DNA of 62,641 bases, the filler included, from Choristocarpus tenellus KU-1152 (lineage: Eukaryota; Protista; Phaeophyceae): the NCBI GenBank assembly GCA_964200185.2. It is 10 parts of 10 records of this genome, joined end to end, with 100 filler letters (N's around TTAATTAATTAA, not from the genome) between each part and the next. Parts side by side here need not be neighbours in the genome. Positions count along the whole stretch, not along the records: positions 45,290 to 51,957 come from CAXNAD020007610.1; positions 52,058 to 62,641 come from CAXNAD020002846.1; 8 more parts are not named here. One strand, written 5' to 3'. Shown one piece after another: positions 46,429-59,400 of the stretch. Position numbers and translations under genes: made by a program. The notes below the pieces were generated by a model. That model was not told where the DNA came from. It made no database searches and worked only from the letters and a program-made list of their open reading frames with translations. Position 1 is the stretch's first letter, and each line of letters opens with the position of its first letter.

Positions 46429-49400
46429 ATGATTGGAACCTTGCGACCTTGCTGTTTGGCAACTTTACGGATTAGCTCGGGTAGATATCCGGTATACTAT
46501 AGATGGAAGGCATTGCTGTCACTCTGCTTCATCATCTATGTGGCAGGCTTAGCTCCACCCGCATCTGTTCACCAACGTGCAACCATAGGACACCCAGCAG
46601 GTGTCCCTACATTACATGGGGAACGAGTTGCAGATGAACTCTTCTCATCGAGTTTGGAGGGCCTCGGGGAATTGCTGGGAGGTGTAGGAAGAGCTAAAAT
46701 GGTATGGAAGGCCCTTTCTCAGGGACGAGATCCGCTCGACTCAGGAGAAAGTAGCAATCTGTTGACACCAAAGACAGAGGAGGTGCTGAGAGGAACGTTT
46801 AAGGATATGCCATGGAAGGTGAATCTCGTCCTTAGGCGGAAGATCTAGTAAACCATCTACATTCTTCATGCTCCCCGCCAAACGTTTCCTTAAGGATACG
46901 AATTGTCATTGCGGCGAAGCCTATTATTTGCTCTCGTGGTTGAGGTGTATGTTCATGACCAACCGTCCTCGAACTCTTCCAGGTTGTACGAGAAGCAGCT
47001 TCTCCTTGCGGCACTCGCAAACTACTCCTGAAATTGGAGGATGGCCTCGAGGCAGAAACGGTTATCATCCCGGATGTTGCAGGCACAAGGTATATGGTAG
47101 GGAGGTTTTTGCGTTGTGAAGGTCTTTAGTCAAGGTGTGTAATGCTCGCCTTGGAGTGATTGTAGTGGAATGCAAAGTTATCAGTTCCACTTGGATGAAA
47201 GCGATTCTGCTCTTTGATGATGGTTAATTTTTCTAGTAAGGATACCACAACTCTCGCAATTGTCGAGTTGAAATGTTGGTTGGTGGATACGACAAGAACC
47301 ATCAGGTGGGTGTGACTGCTGTCGACCTATGCTTTCCATGTAGTGACTTGGGAGGACTTTCCCTGTAAATAATGCATTCATTGCCTTCCTCGTGCTAGTG
47401 GTCGAACCATTCGTTCCACATACATGCGTGCACCTATCCGTGAGAGCAGGAGCACGGTTTGCGTCTCCAGTCAGATCGGATGCGCCCGTGCTTGTCAGTT
47501 CTGTATGACGGGAAAAATGGGTTTCATTAGGAACCTAACCACAGCGGAGATTCTAGCACAGGTGTATTTTTCCCGGCGCTGTGTGAGGGAACACCAAATG
47601 GTGAGTTCAGCGGATCCCAATTGTAGACCTAAGTATATTGATGCACACTCTGAATCTAATACTTTGATTTGTCATACTACTCAACATGAAGGCCCCACCC
47701 TATTCTATCCTGTGTCATCCTAGTTTCAATCTAACACTTATACCATAACGTGTTAATCGTGTTAATCATTTATCTTATTCTCCTTGAACTCTTACTTTTG
47801 GCAACCCCTATTCGCTGTGCCCTACTGTGCATCAATACTTACGCCATAACATGTTAATCATGATCTTATTCTCATTCAAATCTTACTTTTGGCAACCCCT
47901 ATCCACTGCGCGCTATTGTGCATCTGTTGAGTTTTTTCTGTTTGATATTCTTCTCTTTCTTCTCCTTATTCTTAATGTAAATCCAACTGGATGCATGACT
48001 GCTGGACTGGGGGGTAGAGGGATTTGCGGTGGGGTAATGAGAACCGTGAGAACCCGTAGGGTATAGGCAGATCCCCTCAATAGGGAAGTTAAATGTAGTG
48101 AGTAGGAATGGTTGAATATGGGGATGATTTATTTTTTCAAGGTGAGAGATGGCAACTATGCTCTAGTAGTAGAGGTGCCAGCTTTCACACTGGAAGATGC
48201 AAAAGGGTGCTGATTCAAAGTGGCCAAAACAATTACGGCATCTACAAGTGAATCACTTGTCTCTGTCTTTGGCCACCATGACTTTGCATTCCTCCTTGTC
48301 TTCTGGGATGAAAATTGACTTCTCTACCTCAGCGTTACTTGCCATCCCTCAACAATTGCATTGATACTATCGTCTCAGAGGCAATAGCCTCTTCTCCCCA
48401 TCTCATGTCGCCTTCTTCTCATCATGATAACGTTTTTTACACTCCTAATATCCCATAGCGCTTATAGTAACTCCTCAACTATTTCCCCTCTGAATCTTCA
48501 CATTTCTCGACACTCCTGGTCCTGACCTGTCCCTCTGGGCGACCTGGGTCCACGGACCCCCCCACTCACTCCCCCGGATGCTCCTAGCCCACATTGAGTA
48601 ATGTGGTATTCATGGGGATGGGGGAACCGCTGTCCAATCAGCAGGCAGTGCAGACAACACTGGAGCGGCTGATCGACCCCCACATGTTTGCCGTGGCTAA
48701 GAAAAAGATCTCAGTCAGCACAGTGGGACCCTCGCCAGAAGCCATCAGACTAATGGGAGCCATGCCTGCACGCCTGGCATGGTCTGTTCATGCCGCTACA
48801 GATAATGTTCGGCGTTACCTAGTGCCTACAACGAGACACACCATGGTTGAGCTCAGGTGTGTTGTACACTTGTCTTGACCACGGCTAGATGCTCAAATAC
48901 AAGGGCTGAGGATGGTGGCAGAAGGCAACTGTTTCGTGTGTGTCTACCATGGTAGTGTGAAGCATGTTGCTTTATCGTTGTGCTACCTCTATGCGCTGTT
49001 GCTCACAACTGGTGTTCGCTTTGAGATGAAGAGTGCATGAACAAAGTGGTCCCGAGGTATGAATAGATGCATGAATACCAAGTTTTGTGTACAGTAAATC
49101 TGTACTCTCAGGTGCTGTCCCTCTTGTCTAGTCTTGTGCTAGGCTATGCCTTTACCATGAACACTTTCAAGAATACTGCAATATGCACTCACGTTATAGG
49201 TGCACAAGTCTTTTTTAGTGCAAACCACCGTTAAGAGCAGTTAGCTCTAGGGTGATATACATGACATATTGCCCTTTGCTGGGGAGGCTCTGCTGGTGGC
49301 ATTGGTTTCCTGTCCAACCAAGACGTATGTGCATTTCGCCCCCCCCCAAAAAAAATATTCACCATATGTTGACGTCTCTTTCCAGGGTTTTTAAGGCTCC

Positions 49401-51371
49401 CCTCCTTTACTTGCCTGAATATCAAGGTTCACAAATTCGGTACCCTTCTCCCTCCTATCTAATCAAATTGCCACTGCCTCTCATCGTTAGCACTCAAGTT
49501 CTTGTGATTGAAATACAACAAGAGTATAGAATAGGGCAGGGCCTAAGATTGTCGTGAGAGACACCTGCACTTACATGTAATTCTCGGATAGATTGTTTTG
49601 TAATTGTCTATGCAACGCTAAGCAGTATGGGTGAAACTATTTGCTAACACTATTGTCACATTGGTTCAAGCAGGGTCTTCAATTGACTCTCCCTGCTTCC
49701 TTCTTTTCTTGGCCAAGATAGTCTCATATACACAAGAATGTACTGCCTTGCCTTTTCATATGTTTCCTGCATGGTCAATGTGCATGCTGTGGTCCTATTT
49801 TTTTTTTACAGGGATGCCTTCAGCGATGTTTTCAAGGGAAGAGGCAGGGAGCACCTTTTTGTGGAGGTGGCACTTATACAGGGGGTCAATGACTCTGAGG
49901 AGATGGCGCACGAGCTGGCAGACCTACTGCGGCCCCTACCAACCCGTGCCAGTATCAACCTCCTCCCCCTCAACGATATTGGGCATCCCACATTCAAAGC
50001 ATCCACCCCAGAGGCTGTTCGTGCATTTCAGGATGTTCTGGTTCAGGAGGGGTATATTGCAACAATCCGAAGTGCCAGGTGAGAGCTGTTAATACCCTGG
50101 AAGACTGCAAAAAGGTTCAGGGGAAGTGGTATGACCCACTCCTCTGATATGTGATGTATGTCATGGCCAATCAAAGGTACTGATGCGGTTTGTGAACTCC
50201 TGGTGAAGACCGTTTAGCTTGGTACTGGACAAAGAAGAGTGGTAGGTTTAATCGTGGGATGAAGCTCTTGTGCATCTGATGTAGATTTGATTGGGGTCTT
50301 CTTCAAGCCCACCCAAATATTTTTGTTGGACAGTTGGAACATCATCACTACTTGTAGTAGTGATGATGAAGTGGTTGTGATTTTTGTGGCTCATTGTGGT
50401 TAAAGATGTACGGCACCGGTGTAATGTACCCTGCTCAGAACCTACAACTTGCTCAAGTTAGAAGTGTCAAGTGCTTTGCCAGATTATCGGAAAGGGTGGC
50501 TTGCATCCTCGATGGTGTTACTTCTCCAACAATTCCAAAACTTGGTTGTGAAACCACCAAAGATTTCCTGAGGGTTATGGGGACAACCACGTAATATGCA
50601 CATGCAGAGAAGCAACCTTTTATATGGAAGCTTACGGCCCACTGGGCTGCCGAGAAATTCGGAATTTCCGCAATTCCGCGAAGTACGAAATCGGAGGTCA
50701 TCAGAGTGATGCGACACTATGAATTAACCCCGAAAAGTATAACAAGTTGTATGTATGTTGTTAACAGTTTCATTTGTATTCATGCCATATCACTAACTAA
50801 ACGCAAAGCGCCTTGAGAACACTGGAGAGAAGACTATCTGATGAAGGAAATATTTTGTGCTACCTCTTCCGAGTATTTGGAATTCGAAGTATTGAGCTAG
50901 ACAAGTTGCCATATAACCATGTCTAACCATGCCGCATGTGCTGATGCATTACTGTTGTTGTGATGGATGATGTACTTGGTGAGTTACCTACAATCTGTTA
51001 AATCTGACACTCCAATATATATATCCACTTAAATGTATAAACACATATTTTCCCTTCATTCCTGTAAATGTGAAAACAGCTGGAGAAGATGCACCACACC
51101 TTTTCATTATTCTTTTTTGATGTTTTGCAAGTATAACCCAGTTACTGTTCCAAAAAAATCGGAAGAGGTGGACACTATGTGTTTGCTGCTGCTGCTGTGT
51201 GACATTCCCTAATTTCCATCCCTCCAACCTCACTTGTTTGGATTTGTCTGCGGAGATAGGGGTACATCAGAGAGTGCTGCGTGTGGCCAGCTGGCAACTA
51301 CATCACACACAAGGCGGGAATTGAGGACCGCTGAGCCGGATAGAAATGATGGACCATCTCTGACTGGCTAG
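46429..51371 (+). CDS. rlmN: RlmN-family radical-SAM RNA methyltransferase, complete, probably organelle-targeted
   Basis: Exons at 46429-46818, 46983-47089, 47450-47600, 48588-48856, 49812-50078 and 51260-51371 with consistent phases. Motifs: [36 protein letters not shown] (CxxxCxxC), [34 protein letters not shown] and AACGQL. The start codon choice is uncertain. Confidence 0.95.
47745..47924. repeat. Imperfect tandem duplication (~90-100 bp) in RlmN intron 3
   Basis: ATAAC.TGTTAATC...TCTTATTCTC...TCTTACTTTTGGCAACCCCTAT..CTG.GC.CTA.TGTGCATC occurs twice. Confidence 0.8.
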
Positions 51372-51846
51372 ATGTTTGTACTGATTCCAATCTGTTAATG
51401 GAGCAGTGAATATTTTAAGGTTCCGCGTTGTTCAAGGTCAATGACGGTTCAGGAGGATTCTACTCCAGGGAACATAAATCTCACTACATTTTACTATCGT
51501 ACCTGCCTTAATGCAGAGTGGGCGCTCTGTGTGTGTGATCAGATGGCCCACAGAGTGATTCTACAATAACCGGGACATGTACTGTACCTCTATAAATCCT
51601 ATCGTGAGAGGAATGTATGAATTATACATCTCTACAACATGATGCATCGTGTAAATCATATGACTTTGCCGATTTTTTTCTTTGGTAGAATCAGTGTGGA
51701 CTTTGACTGGTGTGGCTCCTGCTTCCTTCATGTTGGGAGGACACAGATATTCCTGGAGATGTGTGCTTGCAAACTGGCATTATCTGTGGATGCATGTTTT
51801 GCCATAATAGTTTATTCAGAGTTTTTGTATTTGAGTTCTCCAGAGA

Positions 51847-51957
51847 ACAGCGGATCAAGATAATGGCGGATGGATCATTTCATGGAAAATAAATTTTTCC
51901 CAAAATAGTGCGCGGAAATTGGCCATATGTTTTTGCATGGATTCCCTTTCAAAAAGG
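51847..51957 (+). repeat. Diverged relative of the CAG-ended repeat at contig end
   Basis: CAGCGGATC...GGATGGATC...CCCAAAATAGTGCGCGGAAATTGGCC parallels GGATGGAGC...CCCAAAATGGTGCGGAAAAAGTGCC at 8978-9033. Both contigs end in AAGG. Confidence 0.45.
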
Positions 51958-52057
51958 NNNNNNNNNNNNNNNNNNNNNNNNNNNNNNNNNNNNNNNNNNN
52001 NTTAATTAATTAANNNNNNNNNNNNNNNNNNNNNNNNNNNNNNNNNNNNNNNNNNNN

Positions 52058-52643
52058 AAATTATATAGATACAAATTATATAGATACATATTATATAGAT
52101 ACACATTATATAGATACATATTATATAGATACATATTATATAGATACACATTATATAGATACATATTATATAGATACAAATTATATAGATACACATTATA
52201 TAGATACATATTATATAGATACATATTATATAGATACATATTATATAGATACACATTATATAGATACATATTATATAGATACATATTATATAGATACACA
52301 TTATATAGATACATATTATATAGATACATATTATATAGATACAAATTATATAGATACACATTATATAGATACAAATTATATAGATACACATTATATAGAT
52401 ACACATTATATAGATACATATTATATAGATACATATTATATAGATACACATTATATAGATACATATTATATAGATACATATTATATAGATACATATTATA
52501 TAGATACACATTATATAGATACAAATTATATAGATACATATTATATAGATACACATTATATAGATACATATTATATAGATACACATTATATAGATACACA
52601 TTATATAGATACACATTATATAGATACACATTATATAGATACA
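52058..52643. repeat. 15-bp tandem satellite (ATTATATAGATACA[T/C/A]), ~39 copies, truncated by gap
   Basis: Direct reading; only one position varies between units. Confidence 0.97.
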
Positions 52644-53473
52644 CATACATAAAACAAGGCACCACGACTTTAACAATGTTCTTCCACTCATTCCTCCCTG
52701 ATTAAAACAGCCATGTAAACAGGATGGAATCATCGGTGGGTGCAACTAGATAAATGTCTGCTCCCCATCTTGGGGTATCATATTTATTTTCCTCAAGCAT
52801 GAAGCAACTAGCATATAGAGGAGAAGCAAATTGATATAGGAAGAGGAAAACTGGAGTGAAAGTATCTTAGGGGGTACGAGTTTTTCCCTATTTGTCCATT
52901 TGGGGCTTGACTTCCCATGGGCTTCTTTACAACGTTTTCCTACCCCAAAATGTTTCTGTGTAGGTAAATCATATACGTTATGAAATGGTGTGTCTGGAAC
53001 AAGGATATTGACACTTTGACTGTGGAAACAAGATTCCTTTGTAGCCTTCAAAAAAAAAACTCAAAAAAAGGATTTGCTAAATGATTTTTCATTTTCAATA
53101 TGAACCTCGAAATTGTCAAAGGAAATGGCACAAAAAAAATTAACCTTACAATGATTACCTTCTAAACAGCGACCTCTTGCCAATTTTATTAGACACATCA
53201 TCGAACCCCTTTAAAAACATTGAGAGTACTTTTGTGTATGTAGAGCTCTACCGCAACACATGACTTTTCCTGTTTGTAGCACCTTATTTCAACATTCCCT
53301 AAAGACACCTACATTCAACCTAGAAATGTGTATGCTTCAGAACCTCAAGTTGGTGTGTAGATAAAAAAAAATCATAACAAATCCGCAGCCAACTGACCAG
53401 AAAAGCCTGTACATGTATGTCAAAAGGCCACTATAGTAGGATAGCACAAACCCCATCCAGACCTCAGCTTCAC

Positions 53474-56400
53474 CTTAGCAATCTCCAGCGGGAGGGACAA
53501 GGCCACTGGCTCATACGAACCACGCATGGCAGACTTGTAGAACCATGTGACTACCATAAGAATTCCCACCACTATCGCCTCATAGAATCCAGACTTGAGC
53601 AGCAGAATGCCAATCATTGTAGCCTGAGGGGCGACACCGATAAATGGCATTGAGATGCAGCCAGCCCAAAGACAGTACAGAAAAAATAATATATAAAGGT
53701 GTAGAAGAACAATTGTACGGGAAGGTGTTTTTTCTGCACATCCAATACTCTCACACATTTTGCACAACATCAATCAGCACCTGAGCAATAAGCATGGCGA
53801 AGACTACCCGCCGAAATATTTTTGGGAAGAAGACCCCGCCAGTCTCATAGAGGGGCTCGTACACGTAAAGCATCTGGTGCTTGTATGCTATGTGACAGGC
53901 CAGGAAGTAAGGCACACCACACACCAGGATGAAAGGATTCACACAGGCATAAGTCAGGCACACCTTTGTCAACAAGGGGGCCCGCATCGGGGAGGGGGAG
54001 GGGGGGAATGAGCACAACACACATATCAGCATGTACATGGTCTTCACCTACTCTTACATATATTCATGTGATCGTCCTAGATGCTTTTTGTTGAACTTCA
54101 GATAGCTTTTTCATTCAAGTACATAAAGTTTGCCTAACCAGCTCTGTTCTTCACCTGTCTTAAATAAGAAAAAAATATGTTGATCACACAACATTTTAAT
54201 CAAGCCCCCCCCACCTCATCACCAAGTATACACCTCTCTGTCCTCCATGCCTCATGTCCACTATCCATCCCCCCATTCCACCTCCTGTTTGGAAGAAGAC
54301 ACTATTGTAAATCCTTGACCAAGTTATAAACGTCCTTTCCTAACAATTGCTACAAGACTCCATAAAGACCCATCACGTATGTTCAAATATCAAACTGAAC
54401 ACACACCAAAACAAGGGTCCCAACTACTAATTACACACAGGTCGGTACTCACCACTACAACAAGCAGGTCCTGGGCGTAGTACTTTGGGTAGTTGAACCA
54501 GCCTGCATTAAAGTACGGCCTCAAGCCAAATACAACTGCTGCCTTATCACGAGGTGTCTCCCTTGGCCATATGATAACAAGGATTTTCTCCTGAAAGAGA
54601 GGTAAAGTTATTTACAGAAAATTATCACAAGAGGAAACAACAGCGGTAACATTACCAATGGAAGGATACCACAAAATTCTAACCCTCACATGGGATGTTG
54701 AGAGGGACGGAGGACGGAGAAGACAAACCATGGAACCAAGCAAAAATTGTAAAGAACAAGGCGTATCCGTGGAGAGTGGAGGTGAGGGGGGAGGGAAAAG
54801 TATTGGAAGGAGGAGGTTAGCACATCAAATCTGACAAAGTTCTATAGAGGAAATACTGTCTCTTAGCTTCAGAGAGAATATGCAGTCATTATGGGACCAT
54901 CACTAGCAAATAAACATTAGGTTATGCCTTTCGCAGACAAGTAAGGCACATCACTTCCACACTGTAAATGTTAAACAGCAATTGTTGTTTGATAGAAAAT
55001 GCAAGTGGTCAAATGAAAGCATCACAAAAGAGGACAATGTTTTACACTACATTCTTCTCTGATCTACAGCCAGTAAACCCCACAACCCCCCTCCCCCTGC
55101 CAACTAAATCCTAATGACATCACGCATATGCTTGGCAACTGAAAAGATAAGAAGCAGAACACAAGGACCACTTGCACCAAACGGTCAAAAAGAAAAAAAA
55201 AGAGCTTGAGGGAAGTAAGACTCCTGTCATCAGTGTACAGGCAATGTCCTAATTGAGCAAAAGTTGGATCCCCTACGCTGTGTACCTGTGACAGGGACAC
55301 GATTTTCACCACTTTCTTTTAATTGTAATAAAAAAAAGAGGGAGAAAGAGAGAGGTGTACATCTCTTACAAGATGAAGTTTTTTCTAGAGTGCATAGGCA
55401 TCAAACTAACAATCATCCCACCAACAATTAAAACCCCCCTGTAGCACAATTGAAGCATCGATGTACCCCTGTAAAATCCCCCTTGAACAATCATCCTGCC
55501 AATTCCTCTTCCCTTTCCACACACTCATGAAAAGCCCTTGCAATAAGGTTTAATGTTTCATGTGCATAAATAGTAACACAGCTTTGTCATAACGAGGGTG
55601 TGGGGGTGAATCAATAGGTCTGTCTATTGGGTGAGACGTATTGCAATCACCTGGGTCCAAGAGACTAGCCTTGTAATCTCTATGGGCAGACCAGACAGCA
55701 TCTTGATCAAAATATACTCACTGAAGAACCCAGCCACCTAAATGTAGCACAGGGGAGAGGAGAAGGGAGGGGAGGGGAGGGGAAGGGGGAAGGGGGTCAC
55801 ATCACGCTGAACATCCACATACCTGCAATCAAGCACACATTTGTAACCTTAAACATCAAGTGTAGACATGCATTTGACTAGACGTGCCAAACAAATATGT
55901 TACACATGTATGCAGGCGTAGAAGAGCTGGTTGGCAGCCCCATGGTCAGTAGTTCGCTGGCGAGAGAAAATAATCCCAATCCCCTTCACAGCCTCCTTCA
56001 CCTCACTCCTTTCTTCTCCTGCATGCCCTCTCTCACCTTGGGGAGACTTTCGCCCAAGAGTGTGAAGGTCTTTTCTGGACTGTGCACAATCTCACTCACT
56101 GTATCCACCAGCGTCCCAGCAAGGGTTGTCACCAAGAATACGTTGATCACCTACATACAGACCACATTTTTTTTATTAAACACAAAGTGGAGACAGTTGG
56201 GAGGCACGGTGAGTGAGACAGGAAAGAAATTTTCAAGAGGATGGGGGTGGGGTGGATCAAGGGGAAGGAGGTGGATAGAAGGTAGTACACCACAATAGCA
56301 AAATGAACCCAAGGTGATTGATCTGCTATGACCCGAAGGACATTTAATTCATGAGTGCAATAACTTTCCCATCACCCAGAAGGTATTCGCATTAGAAATA

Positions 56401-59400
56401 TCATCTGATAAAAAGAGAGCAAGTAATGCTGCCCTTCGCTATTGTCTTTTAGCATAGACAACTCTTGTGCCCAAGGAATCAAGGGAGTATCTAAAGTGGG
56501 GGCACCGGCACAGATCCCTTCAAAACACGCCTGAAACAACCAGTTGTAGTTTAACTAGCGTAACAGCATGTTTGGGTATGGATCGGACTCAGGTAGGGCA
56601 TTATATATCCATTGCCCCCGGAGGAATACCTCAGGGATTTTATCTTAAACTCCTCAAGAGAGAGGGCAGCACACGAAACAGCTATGCATGTACAACATCA
56701 GGCAGAGGTCAAACCTCCCACGAAAGAGAGTTGATGAAAAGCTTAGAGAGGAATAAGACAAAGCATGGTGCAGTCCAACCTCTAACACTGCAACTGTTTT
56801 TTAATGCTTTTTCCTCTATCCACCAGAACCCCAAACACCATCCCCTGACAGGGGGGTCATTTCTATCCACTCCCACGAGGTATATGCCTGGAGGTTATGC
56901 AACGAAGATTTTGACAGAGCATTGACAGACATTGACAGGATGTAAAATGATCACCATTGGTCGATTTCCAACCTATCACACTGTATCATGCCGTGGATGT
57001 TGTGGTCAAGGGCTGAGGAGGGGGAGGGGTGCTTGCAGGGCCTTCAACTTCTATCAAGAATACAAGCTTGGGCCAAGTCAAACAATTTAATGCATGGAAA
57101 ACACCATCAACATATTGTAAAAAGTATTTTCGGGGAGTTGTAAATAGGGAAGGGCGGTCTCAAGTGGATACAGGGTTGATGTACTACATCACAACAAATG
57201 AAAGGAATTTGATTTCGACTCCGGGATTGAATCCCTCTTCATCCAAGCACCTGTTCACTTGGCTGAACTCGCGTTGTTCTAATTTTGTTCTAATTTTGGG
57301 GGAAAGAAGCAATAACAAACCTTAAGGAATAATTACAACTTCAAATATGCCACATAGAACACGTTTGTACAACTTGCACATCAAAGTCTCATCAGTGATT
57401 GTTACTATACCATTAAATGAAATGTGCCTTAGGTCAGGAACAACTACAAAGTCCACTAACAGTATGCCAACTGAAATGGAAAAAAGGACCTGTTCTTGTT
57501 GGGAAAGGCTATTTTCCTCCCTCCCCCTTATTACCCTGAGCACGATAGCCTGCAACCGCAACACAGCATGAAATCAAGAGTTTACATTCAAAATTCACAA
57601 AACAAATCTCTGTGTCAGTCACAGGATAGACTCCCTTTCAGCAAGAACTGTCCCCCCCCAAAAAGAACAGTCAACACCTTTTGCCCAGGGTCCTGCATTT
57701 ATACCCCTACTCACATTGCCAAAAAGTGGGGTGGAGTAGGGGCTGACATCAGGAGGGTGTTTGTACCCCATGCCTGAAGCACTCTTTACATACTAATACT
57801 GACTTGGTTTTAAGATAGGGGCCTAGGGATGGAGATAGGATTAGGGTTAGAAAAAGCAAGGCTGCAATAGCTGTGTATATGGAATGGAGAGTGTCATTCA
57901 AACAAGAGGTTAAAGTCTGGCCATTTTGCTGTTAAGTGTTCAAAATTGTGACAACACTAGAGCAGTAATATTTTGACGAATCAGAGCAAATCAAGATGTA
58001 ACTGCAACTAACGAGCACACCTGGAAGTTGAAGTAGCGACTTAGTACCGACAGCTGATTGCTGGACTCAGCATGACTCCCTTCCAGCATCCCTAAAATGC
58101 GAATCAACGGTGGCAGCATACTCATCAAAACCAGCAACACCACTGGCTGCAACAGCTCGATCAAAGCTGCAAATATCGCACTCTTTCTCATTTCAACAGG
58201 CACAGGCCAAGACAACAAAATAATATCACAGGGGAAGGGAGAGGTAAAAAATAAAAACTCTGAAGAGGGACAACACTAAGGTTCACGTGTTAGTGTCATT
58301 ATCAGCCAGCCTTTGCTGTTCCCATCATGTGGAACCTTCAGAACAATATGCAACAGTTGACAAGTGCTGCAGGGTGCATGCAAATACATGCAGACTAGGT
58401 ACTATCTTGTTCCCAGTAGAAAAAAAAGTGCTCCTTCCCTCCCCCCCCCTCCCTTAAGCCCAATGCTTCCCTTCCAATCAATCACAGCGAGCTACACTAC
58501 TAACAAGAACAACACAATACACAATACACCCCTGTCAATCAACACTTCCACCAACAATTAACAACTATATTGTTGACGCTCTCTTTGCTTCGAGTGTTAA
58601 GGCGTCACGCATCTGCAGTGACTCCAGTCTCCTGAAAACTCTTAACATTTCATATTCAGGTGTGTGTGTTTGTGTGTTTTTGTGTGTATGACTTTTTCTT
58701 TTCTAACACACCACAGGGCCTGAAAATCCAAGCAAGAAATCACCATGTACAACATACACCAAAAACAGCATGTACATACACCTACACAATATACCCAAAC
58801 TCCCAAGCACACAGCTTTTCAAGCCATGTTCATACAGCTCAGCAATGTTGATAGCAACAGAAGCACCAAAAGCACTTTTCCTACTGTGTTCCCACTTCCA
58901 CAAAAACACACCTCAAATATAAAAATCACAACATGGAAACACCATGCGCCCCTTATCTCATTCATACCAAATAGAACTCATCCGTAAACCCAACACATCA
59001 ACAATATACATCAGGACCTCCATGCAAGAGACCCCCAAACAAGGCAGACACACCAACCCAATCAAGGACAAGCAAGTACCACACATATACCACTCACACT
59101 ATGGTAGAGATCAGCCACCCAGCTCCACCGTGCAGTGAGGGAGTCCACTGAAAGTATAAGGTACAGCAACGTTGCCGGTACAACCCAAAACACGTAAAGC
59201 AAAAGTAAAAACGCCTCCACCGCCACCCGATAATGCTTCCGAGCCTGCTTGCTGATGCCTGTGTTGAACCAATAGATGTCCCTCGCCTCAGGTGCCTCTT
59301 CGCCGGACATGCGACCAGGACCGGCTCCATGAAGGACCTGAATATATCCCGTGCAGGTTGTGTAGTATGTAGCATGTAGCATGGGGATGGGGATGGGTGG

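Noticed and set aside
4449-52057. Recurrent TTAATTAATTAA motif and ORFs ending in XXXLIN
   Set aside because: Artificial linker. Gene neighbourhoods across linkers cannot be assumed to be biological.
52002-52745. 247-aa and 219-aa repetitive ORFs (CIYIM / YLYNV)
   Set aside because: Translation of a 15-bp satellite; no splice or coding evidence.
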